Assembly (NCBI GenBank): GCA_021647505.1
Contig: JAKIUN010000002.1
Coordinates: forward strand, 54,158-118,157
Direction of reading: 5' to 3'
Origin: Gammaproteobacteria bacterium
GTDB lineage: Bacteria; Pseudomonadota; Gammaproteobacteria; SZUA-152
DNA length: 64,000 nt
Shown: positions 10,355-22,004 of the stretch, piece by piece
How the letters are laid out: every line of letters starts with the position of its first letter
Numbering within the stretch: position 1 is the stretch's first letter
Translations under genes and position numbers: made by a program
The notes under the pieces: generated by a model
Database searches by the model: none
Told to the model about the DNA's origin: nothing
What the model saw: only the letters and a program-made list of their open reading frames with translations

Positions 10355-11506
10355 TCAGTCCGCTTGTCGACGCAAAAAGGCCGGAATTTCCAGGTAGTCC
10401 ATATTACCGTCAGCGGTGGCGGCAAAGCGCTCACCGGCCACGGCCTTGTTGCGAATAACCGTCGGCCGATCCAGTTCACCGTAATCAACGCTACCCTCGG
10501 CGGTCTTTGGCGGCACCAGCTTGACCGGCTTGTCCAGGGTCTCGATCTTGCTATTTCCCAACCCCGTCGCCACTACAGTGACACGCAGACCGTTGGACAT
10601 TTCCGGATCGATCACGGTACCCACTACCACAGTGGCGTTTTCGGAGGCAAAGTCTTTTACGGTACTACCCACCGCATCAAACTCGCCAATGGTCATGTCC
10701 ATGCCGGCGGTAACATTCACCAGGATACCGCGTGCACCCGCCAGGTCGATGTTCTCCAGCAGCGGGCTGGCCACGGCGGCCTCGGCAGCGGCGCGGGCGC
10801 GATCCGTACCCTCGGCGTAGCCGGTGCCCATCATGGCCATGCCCATCTCCGACATCACCGTGCGCACATCGGCAAAATCGACGTTAATCAGGCCCGGGCG
10901 GGTGATCAGCTCAGCAATGCCCTGCACCGCACCCAGCAATACGTCGTTGGCGGCCTTGAACACATCCAGCAGGGTCATGTCGGCGCCCAGCACACTCATC
11001 AGCTTCTCATTGGGAATGGTGATCAGCGAGTCGACATACTCCGACAGCTCCTTGATACCCTGGTCGGCGATATCCATGCGCTTCTTACCTTCGAAGGGAA
11101 AGGGTTTGGTGACCACCGCCACCGTCAGCACACCCAGCTCCTTGGCAATCTGCGCCACCACCGGCGCACCACCGGTACCGGTACCACCACCCATGCCGGC
11201 GGTGATGAACACCATGTCGGCGCCCTCTATCAGCTCCACGAGACGCTCACGATCCTCCAGCGCGGCCTGGCGACCGATATCGGGATTGGCGCCGGCGCCC
11301 AGCCCCTTGGTGACATTGTTACCCATCTGTAACACGGTGCGCGCCGAGGAATTTTTAAGCGCCTGGGCATCGGTATTGGTGCAGATGAAATCCACCCCGT
11401 CGATGCTCTGCGCCAGCATATGCTCTACCGCATTACCGCCACCACCACCGACACCGATCACCTTGATGACAGCACCCGCTACGTTGGTCTCCATCAGTTC
11501 AAACAT
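10355..11506 (-). CDS. ftsZ: cell division GTPase FtsZ
   Basis: Tubulin signature GGGTGTG, IKVIGVGGGGGNAV N-terminus. Confidence 0.97.
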   Translation of the reverse strand: MFELMETNVAGAVIKVIGVGGGGGNAVEHMLAQSIDGVDFICTNTDAQALKNSSARTVLQMGNNVTKGLGAGANPDIGRQAALEDRERLVELIEGADMVFITAGMGGGTGTGGAPVVAQIAKELGVLTVAVVTKPFPFEGKKRMDIADQGIKELSEYVDSLITIPNEKLMSVLGADMTLLDVFKAANDVLLGAVQGIAELITRPGLINVDFADVRTVMSEMGMAMMGTGYAEGTDRARAAAEAAVASPLLENIDLAGARGILVNVTAGMDMTIGEFDAVGSTVKDFASENATVVVGTVIDPEMSNGLRVTVVATGLGNSKIETLDKPVKLVPPKTAEGSVDYGELDRPTVIRNKAVAGERFAATADGNMDYLEIPAFLRRQAD

Positions 11507-11572
11507 GGCCTTGACTCTCCTGGTTGAAATTGACTATTCGTCATTTGTAGAAAATTAAATGTTTAAAAAAAA

Positions 11573-12811
11573 TTAAAAATTGCCCTGAAACCAGTTCTTC
11601 ATGCGTGTCCACAGGCCCTTGCCAGCCCACTCGCCACGCTGTTCCCGGCGCTGTTGCTCACCGGCATGCTGATGGCCATACAGCAACAGACCAACACCCG
11701 TGGAGTGAATAGGATTACGTACCACATCCACCAGTCCACTGACATGCTGTGGCACACCCAGACGCACTGGCATATGGAACACCTCTTCCGCCAGTTCGAT
11801 AACGCCTTCCATCTTCGCGCAACCGCCGGTAAGCACCACGCCCGCGGCGCACAAATCCTCGAAACCGCTGCGCCGCAGCTCCGCCTGCACCAGCGACAGC
11901 AGCTCCTCATAACGAGGCTCCACCACCTCGGCCAGGGTCTGGCGCGCCAGACGCCGCGGCGGGCGATCACCCACGCTGGGCACTTCGATGCTCTCCTCCG
12001 GACTGGCCAGCTGAGTCAGCGCGCAGGCGTACTTGATCTTGATTTCTTCGGCGTACTGAGTGGGTGTACGCAGAGCCACGGCGATATCATTGGTCACCTG
12101 ATCGCCGGCGATAGGGATGACTGCGGTGTGACGGATGGAGCCATGGGTGAATATCGCGATATCGGTGGTACCACCGCCCATGTCCACCAGGCACACGCCC
12201 AGTTCCTTTTCGTCCTCGGTGAGCACCGAGTAACTGGAGGCCAACTGCTCGAGGATCACATCGTCCACTTCCAGCCCGCAGCGGCGTACGCACTTGATGA
12301 TGTTCTGCGCCGCCGACACCGCACCAGTGACCATATGCACCTTGGCCTCCAGGCGCACACCGGACATGCCCGCCGGCTCGCGGATACCTTCCTGCTCGTC
12401 GATGATGAATTCCTGCGGCAGGATATGCAGCACCTTCTGATCCGCCGGAATCGCTACCGCACGCGCGGCATCGATGACCCGCTCCACGTCGGCGTGGGTC
12501 ACTTCCTTATCGCGAATAGCGACGATACCGTGGGAGTTGAGGCTGCGGATGTGACTGCCGGCGATGCCCGCATAGACCGAGTCAATCTGACAACCGGCCA
12601 TCAGTTCCGCCTCCTCTACCGCACGTTGAATGGACTGCACCGTAGACTCGATATTGACCACCACGCCCTTTTTCAGCCCACGCGAGGGATTCGAGCCAAT
12701 GCCGATAATCTCGATTTCGCCCTCCGGGGTCACATCCGCGACGATAGCCACCACCTTCGAGGTACCGATATCCAGCCCTACCAGCAGATTCTGATCTGTT
12801 CGTTTGCTCAT
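11573..12811 (-). CDS. ftsA: cell division protein FtsA
   Basis: Actin-like ATPase motifs (LVGLDIGTSKV, DMGGGTTD); located between ftsQ and ftsZ. Confidence 0.95.
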   Translation of the reverse strand: MSKRTDQNLLVGLDIGTSKVVAIVADVTPEGEIEIIGIGSNPSRGLKKGVVVNIESTVQSIQRAVEEAELMAGCQIDSVYAGIAGSHIRSLNSHGIVAIRDKEVTHADVERVIDAARAVAIPADQKVLHILPQEFIIDEQEGIREPAGMSGVRLEAKVHMVTGAVSAAQNIIKCVRRCGLEVDDVILEQLASSYSVLTEDEKELGVCLVDMGGGTTDIAIFTHGSIRHTAVIPIAGDQVTNDIAVALRTPTQYAEEIKIKYACALTQLASPEESIEVPSVGDRPPRRLARQTLAEVVEPRYEELLSLVQAELRRSGFEDLCAAGVVLTGGCAKMEGVIELAEEVFHMPVRLGVPQHVSGLVDVVRNPIHSTGVGLLLYGHQHAGEQQRREQRGEWAGKGLWTRMKNWFQGNF

Positions 12812-12852
12812 TGACTCACTGCCCTACCATTCCGTTAACCCAATTCATTCCA

Positions 12853-13671
12853 TCAACCCAATTTGCCCAACTGCCCGCCCACCTGCGGCGCCATGCCGGC
12901 CTTCCAGCGCACCGCGAAACCATTGGTGTAACGCAAATCCACTCGTTCGATCGCCTCGGCGTGCACTGCCAGCGCCAATGGCCAGGCACGCATGAAGCGA
13001 TCCAGCACCGCCTCATCACCACCGCGTCCCAACAGCAGCAGCACGCCGTTGTCCAACTGCAGGCGCCAGGCACGACGCTGATTAAGACCCAATTCACGCA
13101 CCGACATCCCCAGCGTGGCCAGCAGCACCGACAAACGCTGATAGCGTGCCGCCACGGCCTCCGCTGCACCCGCCGGGGCATGGAACAGGGGTAACTGCGC
13201 CAGCGCCTCTGTCCCGACCGCTGCAAACAATTCCCCGCGCCTATTCACCAATGCCATCGAGCCATCGGCCTGCCGCCAGCGCGCCAGCGGTACCTGTTCC
13301 ACCACCCTCACCCGCAGGCTGTCCGGCCACACCCGGCGTACCGAGGCACGATCCACCCACGACAGGGACTCCGCCGCCAGCTTCACCGCACGCACGTCCA
13401 CGTTGAAAAATCCACCGCTGGCCGGCTCGCCGAGGGCTGCGTACAGATCGGCCTTGTCCAGATAGCGAAACTCACCCTTCACCTGCACCGCACGGATTGG
13501 CAGGGTATCGGGCTGTGCCAGCTGCCAGCCGCCATAACCCAACAGCGAACCGAGGCCACCAAACAGCACCAGCACGCCCAGCAGGCAGCGGTTCAACCAG
13601 CCCGGCGCCGACCACTGCGGCAAGCGCCGCACCGGCTTTTGCATCTTCGGCTGAATGCGCCGCGCACCCAT
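12853..13671 (-). CDS. ftsQ: cell division protein FtsQ
   Basis: Single TM + POTRA-like region; syntenic position; start ATG overlaps ddl stop (ATGA). Confidence 0.85.
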   Translation of the reverse strand: MGARRIQPKMQKPVRRLPQWSAPGWLNRCLLGVLVLFGGLGSLLGYGGWQLAQPDTLPIRAVQVKGEFRYLDKADLYAALGEPASGGFFNVDVRAVKLAAESLSWVDRASVRRVWPDSLRVRVVEQVPLARWRQADGSMALVNRRGELFAAVGTEALAQLPLFHAPAGAAEAVAARYQRLSVLLATLGMSVRELGLNQRRAWRLQLDNGVLLLLGRGGDEAVLDRFMRAWPLALAVHAEAIERVDLRYTNGFAVRWKAGMAPQVGGQLGKLG

Positions 13672-14588
13672 CAGGCCGCCTCCACAGTCTGCGCCAGAAT
13701 GCGCCAGGCTAGCTCATTGAAGCCGATGTCCGCCGCCTGCGCTGCCAAGGGCACCAGGCTGTGGCCAGTCAGGCCCGGTACAGTATTATTTTCCAGCAGC
13801 CACGACCGTCCCTCACCATCACGCATAATATCCACGCGGCCCCAGCCGCAGCCGTCCAACACGCTAAAGGCCTGCAGCGCCAGCGCCTGCATCTCTGCCT
13901 CGTCCTCTGCTGACAGGCCGCAGGGGCAGTGATAGCCGGTATCTTCGGCCTCGTATTTGGCGGCATAGTCGTAAAAACCGCTAGGCGCCTGTAGGCGAAT
14001 CACTGGCAGGGCCTTACCATTAAGAATGGCCACCGTGTACTCGTCACCCACGATCCATGGCTCGGCCATCACCCGCGCATCGAATTCCACCGCCGTACGC
14101 CAGGCAGGTTCGATACCGGCTGTCTCGGTGACTCGCGTAATACCCAGACTGGAGCCCTCACGCACCGGCTTCACCGCCAACGGCAGATCCAGCTTGGCAA
14201 CCACCGCACCCCAGTCGCTGTACTCATCGAGCAGGACGCAGGGCGGGGTGGGCAAGTCGGCGGCCAGCCACACCTGTTTACTGCGAATCTTATCCATGCT
14301 CAGCGCCGAGCCCAGCACGCCGCTGCCGGTGTAGGGCAGGCCCAGCATCTCTAGCAGACCCTGCATCACACCATCCTCGCCACCGCGGCCGTGTAGGGCG
14401 ATGAAGGCGCGGTCGAAATTACCCGTCTGCAACACGCGCACAATGTCATGGCCCACATCCACTCCGTGAGCATCCACACCACGCGACTGTAGTGCCACCA
14501 GCACCGCCGCGCCGCTTTTTAGCGACACTTCACGCTCGGCGGACAAACCGCCCATCAGTACCGCCACCTTGCCGAAGTTGCTGTTCAT
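13671..14588 (-). CDS. ddl: D-alanine--D-alanine ligase
   Basis: Ddl motifs (VAVLMGG.S.EREVSL.SG, ATP-grasp region); start moved to MNSNFGKVAV. Confidence 0.9.
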   Translation of the reverse strand: MNSNFGKVAVLMGGLSAEREVSLKSGAAVLVALQSRGVDAHGVDVGHDIVRVLQTGNFDRAFIALHGRGGEDGVMQGLLEMLGLPYTGSGVLGSALSMDKIRSKQVWLAADLPTPPCVLLDEYSDWGAVVAKLDLPLAVKPVREGSSLGITRVTETAGIEPAWRTAVEFDARVMAEPWIVGDEYTVAILNGKALPVIRLQAPSGFYDYAAKYEAEDTGYHCPCGLSAEDEAEMQALALQAFSVLDGCGWGRVDIMRDGEGRSWLLENNTVPGLTGHSLVPLAAQAADIGFNELAWRILAQTVEAA

Positions 14589-14703
14589 AGACCAAACCCC
14601 GGCGTTGAAATGCAAAGGACGCAGAGGTACTGAGGACGCAGAGAAATACGGGAATGGGTCGCAGCCATCCGTAAAAGGTTTCGTGCAATATTCAAACCCA
14701 TCA

Positions 14704-15603
14704 TCACAGCACTTCCCCCACGACATGCACCTCGCGTACCAGCCGCACGCCTTGCTCGCGTTCCACCGTATCGGCAACGCGCCGGATCAGGGCCTCCACC
14801 TGTACCGCGGTGGCGCCACCGGTGTTGATAATGAAGTTGGCGTGCTTTTCCGACACGCAGGCCGCGCCCTCGCAGACGCCCTTCAGCCCGCAGGCCTCGA
14901 TCAGCCGCGCGGCGAAGTCACCCTCGGGGTTACGGAACACCGAGCCGGCATTGGCCTGCTTGGTGGGCTGGGTCTCACTGCGCTTGGCCAGCAATTCCCT
15001 GATGCGCACCTGTGCCGCCGCCGTGTCGCCAAGCTGCAACTGCAACTCGGCGGTAACGAACCATTCGCCGGCCGGGCCCTGCACGCTGCGGTAACCGATT
15101 CGGTAGTCACCAGCGGTACGCGTGCGGCGCACGCCGTGACGATTCATGGTTTCCACCACACTGACGATGGGCCAGGTCTCTCCGCCAAAGGCACCGGCAT
15201 TCATGGCCAGGGCGCCGCCCAGGGTGCCGGGAATACCCGCCAGGAACTCGGCCCCCACCAGCCCGGCGCGGGCAGCCTCGCGCGCCACCTTGGCGCAGCT
15301 CACACCGGCCTCGACCCGCAGGCGCTTGTCGCCGACCTGTTGCAAGGCATTGAGCATCCCGCTAATGGCAATCACCGAACCGCGGATACCGCCATCACGC
15401 ACCAACAGGTTGCTGCCCAGGCCCAGCCAGAACACCGACTCACCCTCGGGCAGCTGCGACAAATATTCTGCCAGGTCGTCGATATCCGCCGGCTGGTAAT
15501 AGCGATCCGCCGGGCCGCCGATGCGCCAGGTGGTATGGCGCGACAGGGGCTCGTCGTAGCGAAGCTTGCCACGCAGGCCGATCATCTGCAGTGCCGCGTT
15601 CAT
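14704..15603 (-). CDS. murB: UDP-N-acetylenolpyruvoylglucosamine reductase MurB
   Basis: FAD-binding MurB signature (TTWRIGGPAD, GLGSNLL). Confidence 0.9.
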   Translation of the reverse strand: MNAALQMIGLRGKLRYDEPLSRHTTWRIGGPADRYYQPADIDDLAEYLSQLPEGESVFWLGLGSNLLVRDGGIRGSVIAISGMLNALQQVGDKRLRVEAGVSCAKVAREAARAGLVGAEFLAGIPGTLGGALAMNAGAFGGETWPIVSVVETMNRHGVRRTRTAGDYRIGYRSVQGPAGEWFVTAELQLQLGDTAAAQVRIRELLAKRSETQPTKQANAGSVFRNPEGDFAARLIEACGLKGVCEGAACVSEKHANFIINTGGATAVQVEALIRRVADTVEREQGVRLVREVHVVGEVL

Positions 15604-15781
15604 GCGGGTGCTCCGGCTTGGTTCCGCAATTCAACATCATGGCCACAGAGGCACAGGGCACACAGAGAAAAACCAAAATGGATTGGCGACATTTCCAATG
15701 CTTGCGGTTGATGTACGGCCAGTCCCAATAAACTCCGTGACCTCTGTGCCTCTGTGGCCCCCGTCTTGAAGCATCGAACCA

Positions 15782-17209
15782 TCACAAACCCTCCCCCGTC
15801 AGCTGCTTGGGCAGCTGCACTGCCGCCGCGCCGATGGAACCCGCACCGAGGGTGAGCAATACATCACCGTCACGCAGCAGGCCTCGCAGAATCTGCGGCA
15901 GCTCCTCGATATCTTCGACGAATACCGGGTCGACCTTGCCGCGCAGGCGGATAGCACGCGCCAGGGCACGACCGTCGTCGCCGCCCTGGGGTTGTTCGCC
16001 AGCGGCGTAGACTTCCAGCAGCACCAGTACGTCGGCCTCAGACAACACCTGGGCAAAATCCTCGAACAGGTCACGGGTACGCGAGTAGCGGTGCGGCTGG
16101 AAGGCCAGCACCACACGACGACCCGGCCAGGCCTTGCGCGCCGCCGTTAGCGTCGCAGCCACCTCACGCGGATGGTGGCCATAGTCGTCCACCAGCAACA
16201 CCGAGCCTGCAGGTGTATCCAGCTCGCCGTAGAGCTGGAAACGACGACCGATACCCTGAAATTCGAGCAGGGCCTTTTGCATCGCCGTATCGGAAACGCC
16301 CAGCTCGCTGGCCACGGCGATAGCGGCCAAGGCATTCAGGGCATTGTGTTCACCGGGCATATTGAGTGTGATATCCAGCTCACCCTGGTGGCCGCGGCGG
16401 GTGACGCGAAAGTGGGTATGCGGGCCATCCTGGCGCAGGTCAAAGCCACGCACGTCGGCGTCAGAGGCCATGAATCCGTAGGTCAACACCGGTTTGGAAA
16501 AGGCCGGCAACAACTCACAGACCACCGGGTCGTCGGCGCACAGCACCGCCAGACCATAAAAGGGCAGGTGATGCAGAAATTCGACGAAGGCCTGCTTGAG
16601 GCGTTCGAAATCACCACCGTAGGTGCTCATGTGGTCGGCGTCGATGTTAGTGACCACCGCCATCATGGGCGCCAGATAGAGAAAGGAGGCGTCACTCTCG
16701 TCGGCCTCAGCCACCAGGTAACGGCCCTCGCCGAGGCGGGCGTGGGCGCCGGCGCTGTTGAGCAAGCCACCAATGACGAAGGTCGGATCCAGCCCGCCCT
16801 CGGCCAGCAGACTGGCGATAAGACTGGTGGTGGTGGTCTTGCCGTGGGTGCCGGCGACGGCGATGCCGAAACGGAAACGCATCAACTCGGCCAGCATTTC
16901 AGCGCGCGGCACCACCGGAATGCGCGCAGCGCGGGCGGCCACCACTTCGGGGTTATCGGTAGCCACAGCCGTGGAGGTCACCACAACGTCACAGCCGCGC
17001 ACATTGTCCGCCGTGTGGCCGAGGTGCACCACCGCCCCACCCGCCTCCAGGCGCCGAGTAACGGGGTTTTCGCGCAAATCGGAACCGGAGACGTCATAAC
17101 CCAGGTTAAGCAATACTTCAGCGATGCCGCCCATACCGGCGCCACCAATACCGACAAAATGGATCCGCCGGATGCGGCTCCAGCCACTCTCCATGCCACC
17201 GGTGTTCAT
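15782..17209 (-). CDS. murC: UDP-N-acetylmuramate--L-alanine ligase MurC
   Basis: [18 protein letters not shown]-terminus, Mur ligase domains. Start ambiguous: GTG at 17224 or ATG (MNTGG) at 17209 or 17194. Confidence 0.9.
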   Translation of the reverse strand: MNTGGMESGWSRIRRIHFVGIGGAGMGGIAEVLLNLGYDVSGSDLRENPVTRRLEAGGAVVHLGHTADNVRGCDVVVTSTAVATDNPEVVAARAARIPVVPRAEMLAELMRFRFGIAVAGTHGKTTTTSLIASLLAEGGLDPTFVIGGLLNSAGAHARLGEGRYLVAEADESDASFLYLAPMMAVVTNIDADHMSTYGGDFERLKQAFVEFLHHLPFYGLAVLCADDPVVCELLPAFSKPVLTYGFMASDADVRGFDLRQDGPHTHFRVTRRGHQGELDITLNMPGEHNALNALAAIAVASELGVSDTAMQKALLEFQGIGRRFQLYGELDTPAGSVLLVDDYGHHPREVAATLTAARKAWPGRRVVLAFQPHRYSRTRDLFEDFAQVLSEADVLVLLEVYAAGEQPQGGDDGRALARAIRLRGKVDPVFVEDIEELPQILRGLLRDGDVLLTLGAGSIGAAAVQLPKQLTGEGL

Positions 17210-17216
17210 CAAGCGA

Positions 17217-18329
17217 TCAGCCACGCGCCACCTCCAGACAGTGCTCGGCTACCCGCTCTGTGGCCTCGGGCAGGGCCAGCTTGTGCGCCGCCCTGCCCAT
17301 TTCACGCAAGCGCACCTCGTCCAGCTCTTGCAGCAATTGCACCAGCCGCTGCGCACTGAGTTCCTGCTGTGGCAACAACACCGCCGCACCGCCGTCGGCA
17401 AGATAGCCGGCATTGGCGGCCTGGTGGTCGTCCACAGCGTGCGGGTATGGCACCAGGATCGAGGCGGTACCGGCGGCGGCCAGTTCGGCCACCGTCATGG
17501 CGCCGGCGCGGCACAGCACCAAATCGGCCCAGCGATAAGCCTCAGCCATGTCGTCGATAAAGGGCTCGACACGGGCCTCGATGCCGGCCTCGGCGTAAGC
17601 CTCACGAGCCTGTTCGATATTGCGGCGGCCAGTCTGATGCCACACCTCGATCCGTGCGCCGGTGTTCAACACCAGCCCGGAGGCGTCGCTGCTGCCATAT
17701 GCCAGCAGGGCGAGGGCCTCGGGTACCACCTCATTGAGGCGTACCGCGCCCAGACTACCGCCCACCACCAGCAAACGCAGCACGCCGTCGTGGGGTTCAG
17801 CGGCAGCAAAATCCGTGGCCAAGCTCTTATCAAGAAATTCACGGCGCAACGGATTACCGGTGTGCAGGGCACCGCGCAGGGTATGGGGGAAGGCCTCCAT
17901 CACCCGGCTCGCCAGCGGCACCAACAGGCGATTGGTCAGCCCAGCACTGGCGTTCTGTTCGTGAATCAACAACGGCCGCCGCGACAGCCATGCCGCCACG
18001 CCACCGGGGCCGGTGACGAAACCGCCCATACCCAGCACCGCCGCCGGCTGCCGCCGGCGCATCACCGCCCGACTCTGCCACAGGGCTTGTAACAACTTGA
18101 ACGGCGCAGTGACCAGACTGGCCATACGTTTGCCGCGCAGGCCACTGACATCGATGAAGTCGATAGGATAGCCCGCCTGTGGCACCACCTCGGCCTCCAA
18201 ACCATCACGGGTACCCAGCCAGCTCACCTCCACTCCTCGCCCGCGCAGCTCGTCGGCCACCGCCAGCGCGGGGAACACATGACCGCCCGTACCACCAGCC
18301 ATCAGCAGGATGCGTGTCGGTGCGCTCAC
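17217..18329 (-). CDS. murG: undecaprenyldiphospho-muramoylpentapeptide beta-N-acetylglucosaminyltransferase MurG
   Basis: [16 protein letters not shown] motif. The ORF as listed extends into ftsW; a GTG start overlapping the ftsW stop (GTGA) gives a 370-aa protein matching MurG length. Confidence 0.9.
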   Translation of the reverse strand: MSAPTRILLMAGGTGGHVFPALAVADELRGRGVEVSWLGTRDGLEAEVVPQAGYPIDFIDVSGLRGKRMASLVTAPFKLLQALWQSRAVMRRRQPAAVLGMGGFVTGPGGVAAWLSRRPLLIHEQNASAGLTNRLLVPLASRVMEAFPHTLRGALHTGNPLRREFLDKSLATDFAAAEPHDGVLRLLVVGGSLGAVRLNEVVPEALALLAYGSSDASGLVLNTGARIEVWHQTGRRNIEQAREAYAEAGIEARVEPFIDDMAEAYRWADLVLCRAGAMTVAELAAAGTASILVPYPHAVDDHQAANAGYLADGGAAVLLPQQELSAQRLVQLLQELDEVRLREMGRAAHKLALPEATERVAEHCLEVARG

Positions 18330-19558
18330 GCGTTCACCCTCCGTGCCCGCTTCAGGATCGGTGTGTGCTTTTGCTCGGACTGGCGCGCAACACGACGCGC
18401 CGGCGGCTGCTCCTGTAACGAATGCTCGTGCGATACACGCAGCAACAGCGCACAGGCCATGCAGGTGACGACGATAGACGAACCACCGTAGCTCATCAGT
18501 GGTAGGGTCAAGCCCTTGGTAGGCAACACACCCATGTTCACGCCCAGATTGATAAAGGCCTGTATGCCCAGCCACAGGCCGAGACCGTAACTCAGATAGG
18601 CGGCAAAGTTGCTACCCATCTGTTGCGCCCGGTGGCCAATAACGAAGGCGCGCCACACCAGCAGTGCAAACAGGCCAACCACCACCAGCACACCCATTAA
18701 TCCCAATTCCTCGGCCAGCACAGCAAACAGAAAGTCCGTGTGTGCCTCGGGCAGGTAAAACAGTTTCTGCACGCTGCCGCCCAGGCCAACACCCCACCAC
18801 TCACCACGACCAAAGGCAATCAACGCCTGGGTCAGCTGAAAGCCGCTATCGAAGGGATCGGCCCAGGGGTCGGCGAACGACGTCATACGCGCCATACGGT
18901 AGGGTGTCGCCAGCACCAACGCCGCCGCCGCGCCCAGCGTGCCGGCAAATAACACGCCGAATTGCCACAGACGCACACCACCGAGAAACATCAGTCCCAG
19001 CACGGTGGCAGTAATCACTGCGGCAGCACCAAAATCCGGCTCGGCCAGTAGCAAACCACCGATCAAGATCACCAGCAGCATGGGCTTGAGAAAGCCCTTC
19101 ACCGAGCGCCGTACCTCTTCGCCACGGCGTACCAGGTACCCGGCCAGATAGATCACAATGAACAATTTCATCAATTCTGAGGGTTGCAGGTTGAACAGAC
19201 CCAGACCCAGCCAGCGGGTACTGCCGTTGATCTCACGACCCAGTCCCAACACCGCCACCAGCAACACCAGGCCGAACAGCAGCAGCACCGGGCCGAGGCG
19301 TTCCCAATACACCAGCCGGGTGCGTAGCACGAGGGCGCCTATCAGCAAACCAATAGTGACAAACACGGCCTGTCGCCAGAGGTAGTAAAAGGGCTGACCG
19401 GTCTGCCGCTCGGCAATGGAAATGGAGGCCGAAGTGACCATCACCAACCCCAAAGCCAGCAGGGCAAACACCGCACCCAGCAGCCAGGGGTCGAGCACGA
19501 AACGGCCACGGCGGGCATCGCTGAGGGGACGCAGCACGGGAATCACACGCACATTCAT
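18326..19558 (-). CDS. ftsW: cell division peptidoglycan polymerase FtsW
   Basis: SEDS-family polytopic membrane protein; start reset to MNVRVIPV (ATG overlapping murD stop, ATGA); the upstream ORF extension is arginine/glycine-rich junk. Confidence 0.9.
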   Translation of the reverse strand: MNVRVIPVLRPLSDARRGRFVLDPWLLGAVFALLALGLVMVTSASISIAERQTGQPFYYLWRQAVFVTIGLLIGALVLRTRLVYWERLGPVLLLFGLVLLVAVLGLGREINGSTRWLGLGLFNLQPSELMKLFIVIYLAGYLVRRGEEVRRSVKGFLKPMLLVILIGGLLLAEPDFGAAAVITATVLGLMFLGGVRLWQFGVLFAGTLGAAAALVLATPYRMARMTSFADPWADPFDSGFQLTQALIAFGRGEWWGVGLGGSVQKLFYLPEAHTDFLFAVLAEELGLMGVLVVVGLFALLVWRAFVIGHRAQQMGSNFAAYLSYGLGLWLGIQAFINLGVNMGVLPTKGLTLPLMSYGGSSIVVTCMACALLLRVSHEHSLQEQPPARRVARQSEQKHTPILKRARRVNA

Positions 19559-20886
19559 GACGCCTCCTCCAGTGCCCGTACGGCAAGAATGAAGGCATCG
19601 CCACGAGCGGCGAAACCATCGAACATGTCGAGGCTGGCACAGGCTGGCGATAGCAGTACTGCATCGCCCGGCTGCGCCAGCACGCGGGCACAGGCCACGG
19701 CGTCGGCCATACTGCCGGCGCGCTGTACCGGCACCACACCGTCCAGTGACCGTTCGATAATGCCTGCCGCCTCTCCCATCAACACAGCCGCACGACCCTT
19801 GCCTGCCAACACCGTACACAGAGGTGCAAAATCCGCACCCTTGCCCTGACCACCGGCAATCAGAACCAATGGGCCGTCCAAGCCGTCGATGGCCGCCAGA
19901 GTGGCACCGACGTTGGTGCCTTTGGAGTCGTTATACCAGCGCACACCGTCGATCTCCGCCACCCATTGAGTGCGATGCCAGAGCCCGGCGAAACGTTGCA
20001 GGGTGGTCTGCATGGCGGCGATGGGCAAACCCACCGCCTCGCCCACGGCCAGTGCGGCAAGGGCATTGGCCTGATTATGACGGCCCGCCATGCGCAGCTC
20101 GCGCACCGGCATCAGCGGCATCTCGCCCTTGGCCAGCCAGTCCTCACCGTCATGGTCGAGAAGGCCGAAATCGCTCGCCAGTGGCCGCCCCAGGGTAAAA
20201 CCCACCGTCTTGCGGCCTGGCACCTGCATAGCCACCACAGTCGGATCATCACAGTTCACTACCATCGCACCGTGGCCATGGTAGATGCGCTGCTTGCTGG
20301 CGGCATAGGCCGACACACTGGGATAGCGATCCATGTGGTCAGGGCTGATATTGAGCACCACGGCCACGGCCGCATCGAGAGAATAGGTGGTCTCCAACTG
20401 GAAGCTGGACAGCTCCAGAATGTAAAAATCGGGCTCGCTGTCGCTCAGCAGATCCAGTGCCGGATGGCCGATGTTGCCGCCCACGCGCACCACACGGCCA
20501 GCATCCGCGGCCATTTCGCCAAGCAAAGTAGTGACGGTGGATTTGCCGTTGGAGCCGGTAATGGCGACCACGGGCGCACGGGCGTGACGCGCAAACAGCT
20601 CGATGTCACCGATGATCTCGGCACCCCGCGCACTTGCGGCTTTGATTAAGGGCTCACTGACCGCCACCCCTGGGCTGACGATGAGCTGACGGGCATGCGC
20701 AAACCAGGCCGTGTCGAAACCACCCAGGGCAGCAGGTACATCGGCAAAGTCCCTTTCCAGCTCGTCGCGGCCGGGCGGATTGACACGGCTGTCAGTCACC
20801 GCCACGGATACACCACGCGCACGCAAAAAGCGCAGTACGGACAGCCCGGTAGCACCCAGACCAACCACCAGCGTCTCAGGCCGCAT
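19555..20886 (-). CDS. murD: UDP-N-acetylmuramoylalanine--D-glutamate ligase MurD
   Basis: MRPETLVVGLGATGLS aligns with the E. coli MurD N-terminus; alternative GTG start at 20925 overlaps the mraY stop. Confidence 0.9.
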   Translation of the reverse strand: MRPETLVVGLGATGLSVLRFLRARGVSVAVTDSRVNPPGRDELERDFADVPAALGGFDTAWFAHARQLIVSPGVAVSEPLIKAASARGAEIIGDIELFARHARAPVVAITGSNGKSTVTTLLGEMAADAGRVVRVGGNIGHPALDLLSDSEPDFYILELSSFQLETTYSLDAAVAVVLNISPDHMDRYPSVSAYAASKQRIYHGHGAMVVNCDDPTVVAMQVPGRKTVGFTLGRPLASDFGLLDHDGEDWLAKGEMPLMPVRELRMAGRHNQANALAALAVGEAVGLPIAAMQTTLQRFAGLWHRTQWVAEIDGVRWYNDSKGTNVGATLAAIDGLDGPLVLIAGGQGKGADFAPLCTVLAGKGRAAVLMGEAAGIIERSLDGVVPVQRAGSMADAVACARVLAQPGDAVLLSPACASLDMFDGFAARGDAFILAVRALEEAS

Positions 20887-20921
20887 CTGCGTCTCTTTTG
20901 TCGTTTGTACCGTCACCACTG

Positions 20922-22004
20922 TCACCGAATCTTCAGCGTCGCCAGCCCCACCAGCACCAGGATCACGGTAATGATCCAGAAGCGCACGATGACGCGGGGC
21001 TCGGGCCAGCCCTTGAGTTCGAAATGGTGATGCAACGGGGCCATGCGGAAGATGCGCTTGCCGGTGAGCTTGTACGAGGTCACCTGCATGATTACCGACA
21101 CCGTCTCCATCACGAACACGCCACCCATGATCAGCAGTACCAGTTCCTGATGCACCACCACGGCGACAATGCCCAGCGCCGCGCCCAGCGCCAGGGCGCC
21201 GATATCACCCATGAACACCATCGCTGGATAGGCGTTGAACCACAGAAAGCCCAGTCCAGCACCCACCAGCGCACCGCAAAACACCACCGTCTCACCCACC
21301 CCGGGGATGAAGGGAATAGACAGATAAGCGGCAAACTTGGCGTGACCGGTAACATAGGCAAAGATCCCCAGCGCACCGGCCACCATCACTGTGGGCAGCA
21401 CGGCGAGGCCATCGAGACCATCGGTGAGATTGACCGCATTGCTGGAACCGACGATGACGAAGTAGGCCAGCACCACGAAACCCCAGCCCAGCGGCACCGC
21501 CACATCCTTGAAGAAGGGCACGATGAGCTGGGTCTCCGCCGGCAGCTCGGCGGTGATATACACAAAACCCGCCGCACCCAATGCCACCACCGACTGCCAA
21601 AAATACTTGTAGCGCGCAATCAACCCGCGCGAGTCCTTTTTCACCAGCTTCTTGTAATCGTCCACCCAGCCGATGAGACCGAACAGCAGCGTGGTGAGCA
21701 GTACCACCCACATGTACTTGTTGCCCAGATCCGACCACAGCAGGGTGCTCACCGAAATGGCGACCAGGATCATCGCACCGCCCATGGTCGGCGTACCGGC
21801 CTTTTGCAGGTGGCTCTCGGGGCCATCGTCACGCACGACCTGCCTCACCTGATAGTGGCTCAGCCGGCGGATCATGGCCGGGCCGACGAGTAAAGAGATC
21901 AGCAACGCCGTCAACGCACCGAGAATGGCTCGTAGAGTCAGGTACTGGAACACGCCGAAGCCACTGTGAAACTGGGTCAGATAGTCGGTGAGGTAGAGCA
22001 ACAT
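20922..22004 (-). CDS. mraY: phospho-N-acetylmuramoyl-pentapeptide transferase MraY
   Basis: 360 aa from [26 protein letters not shown] (matches E. coli MraY start and length); ATGA overlap with murF stop. Confidence 0.95.
   Translation of the reverse strand: MLLYLTDYLTQFHSGFGVFQYLTLRAILGALTALLISLLVGPAMIRRLSHYQVRQVVRDDGPESHLQKAGTPTMGGAMILVAISVSTLLWSDLGNKYMWVVLLTTLLFGLIGWVDDYKKLVKKDSRGLIARYKYFWQSVVALGAAGFVYITAELPAETQLIVPFFKDVAVPLGWGFVVLAYFVIVGSSNAVNLTDGLDGLAVLPTVMVAGALGIFAYVTGHAKFAAYLSIPFIPGVGETVVFCGALVGAGLGFLWFNAYPAMVFMGDIGALALGAALGIVAVVVHQELVLLIMGGVFVMETVSVIMQVTSYKLTGKRIFRMAPLHHHFELKGWPEPRVIVRFWIITVILVLVGLATLKIR

Noticed and set aside
10364-11332. 322-aa plus-strand ORF
   Set aside because: Antisense to ftsZ.
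11654-12814. 386-aa plus-strand ORF
   Set aside because: Antisense to ftsA.
16172-17359. 395-aa plus-strand ORF
   Set aside because: Antisense to murC and the murG 3' end.
20898-21893. 331-aa plus-strand ORF (and 22046-23086, 346 aa)
   Set aside because: Antisense to mraY and murF respectively; His/Gln-rich nonsense translations.
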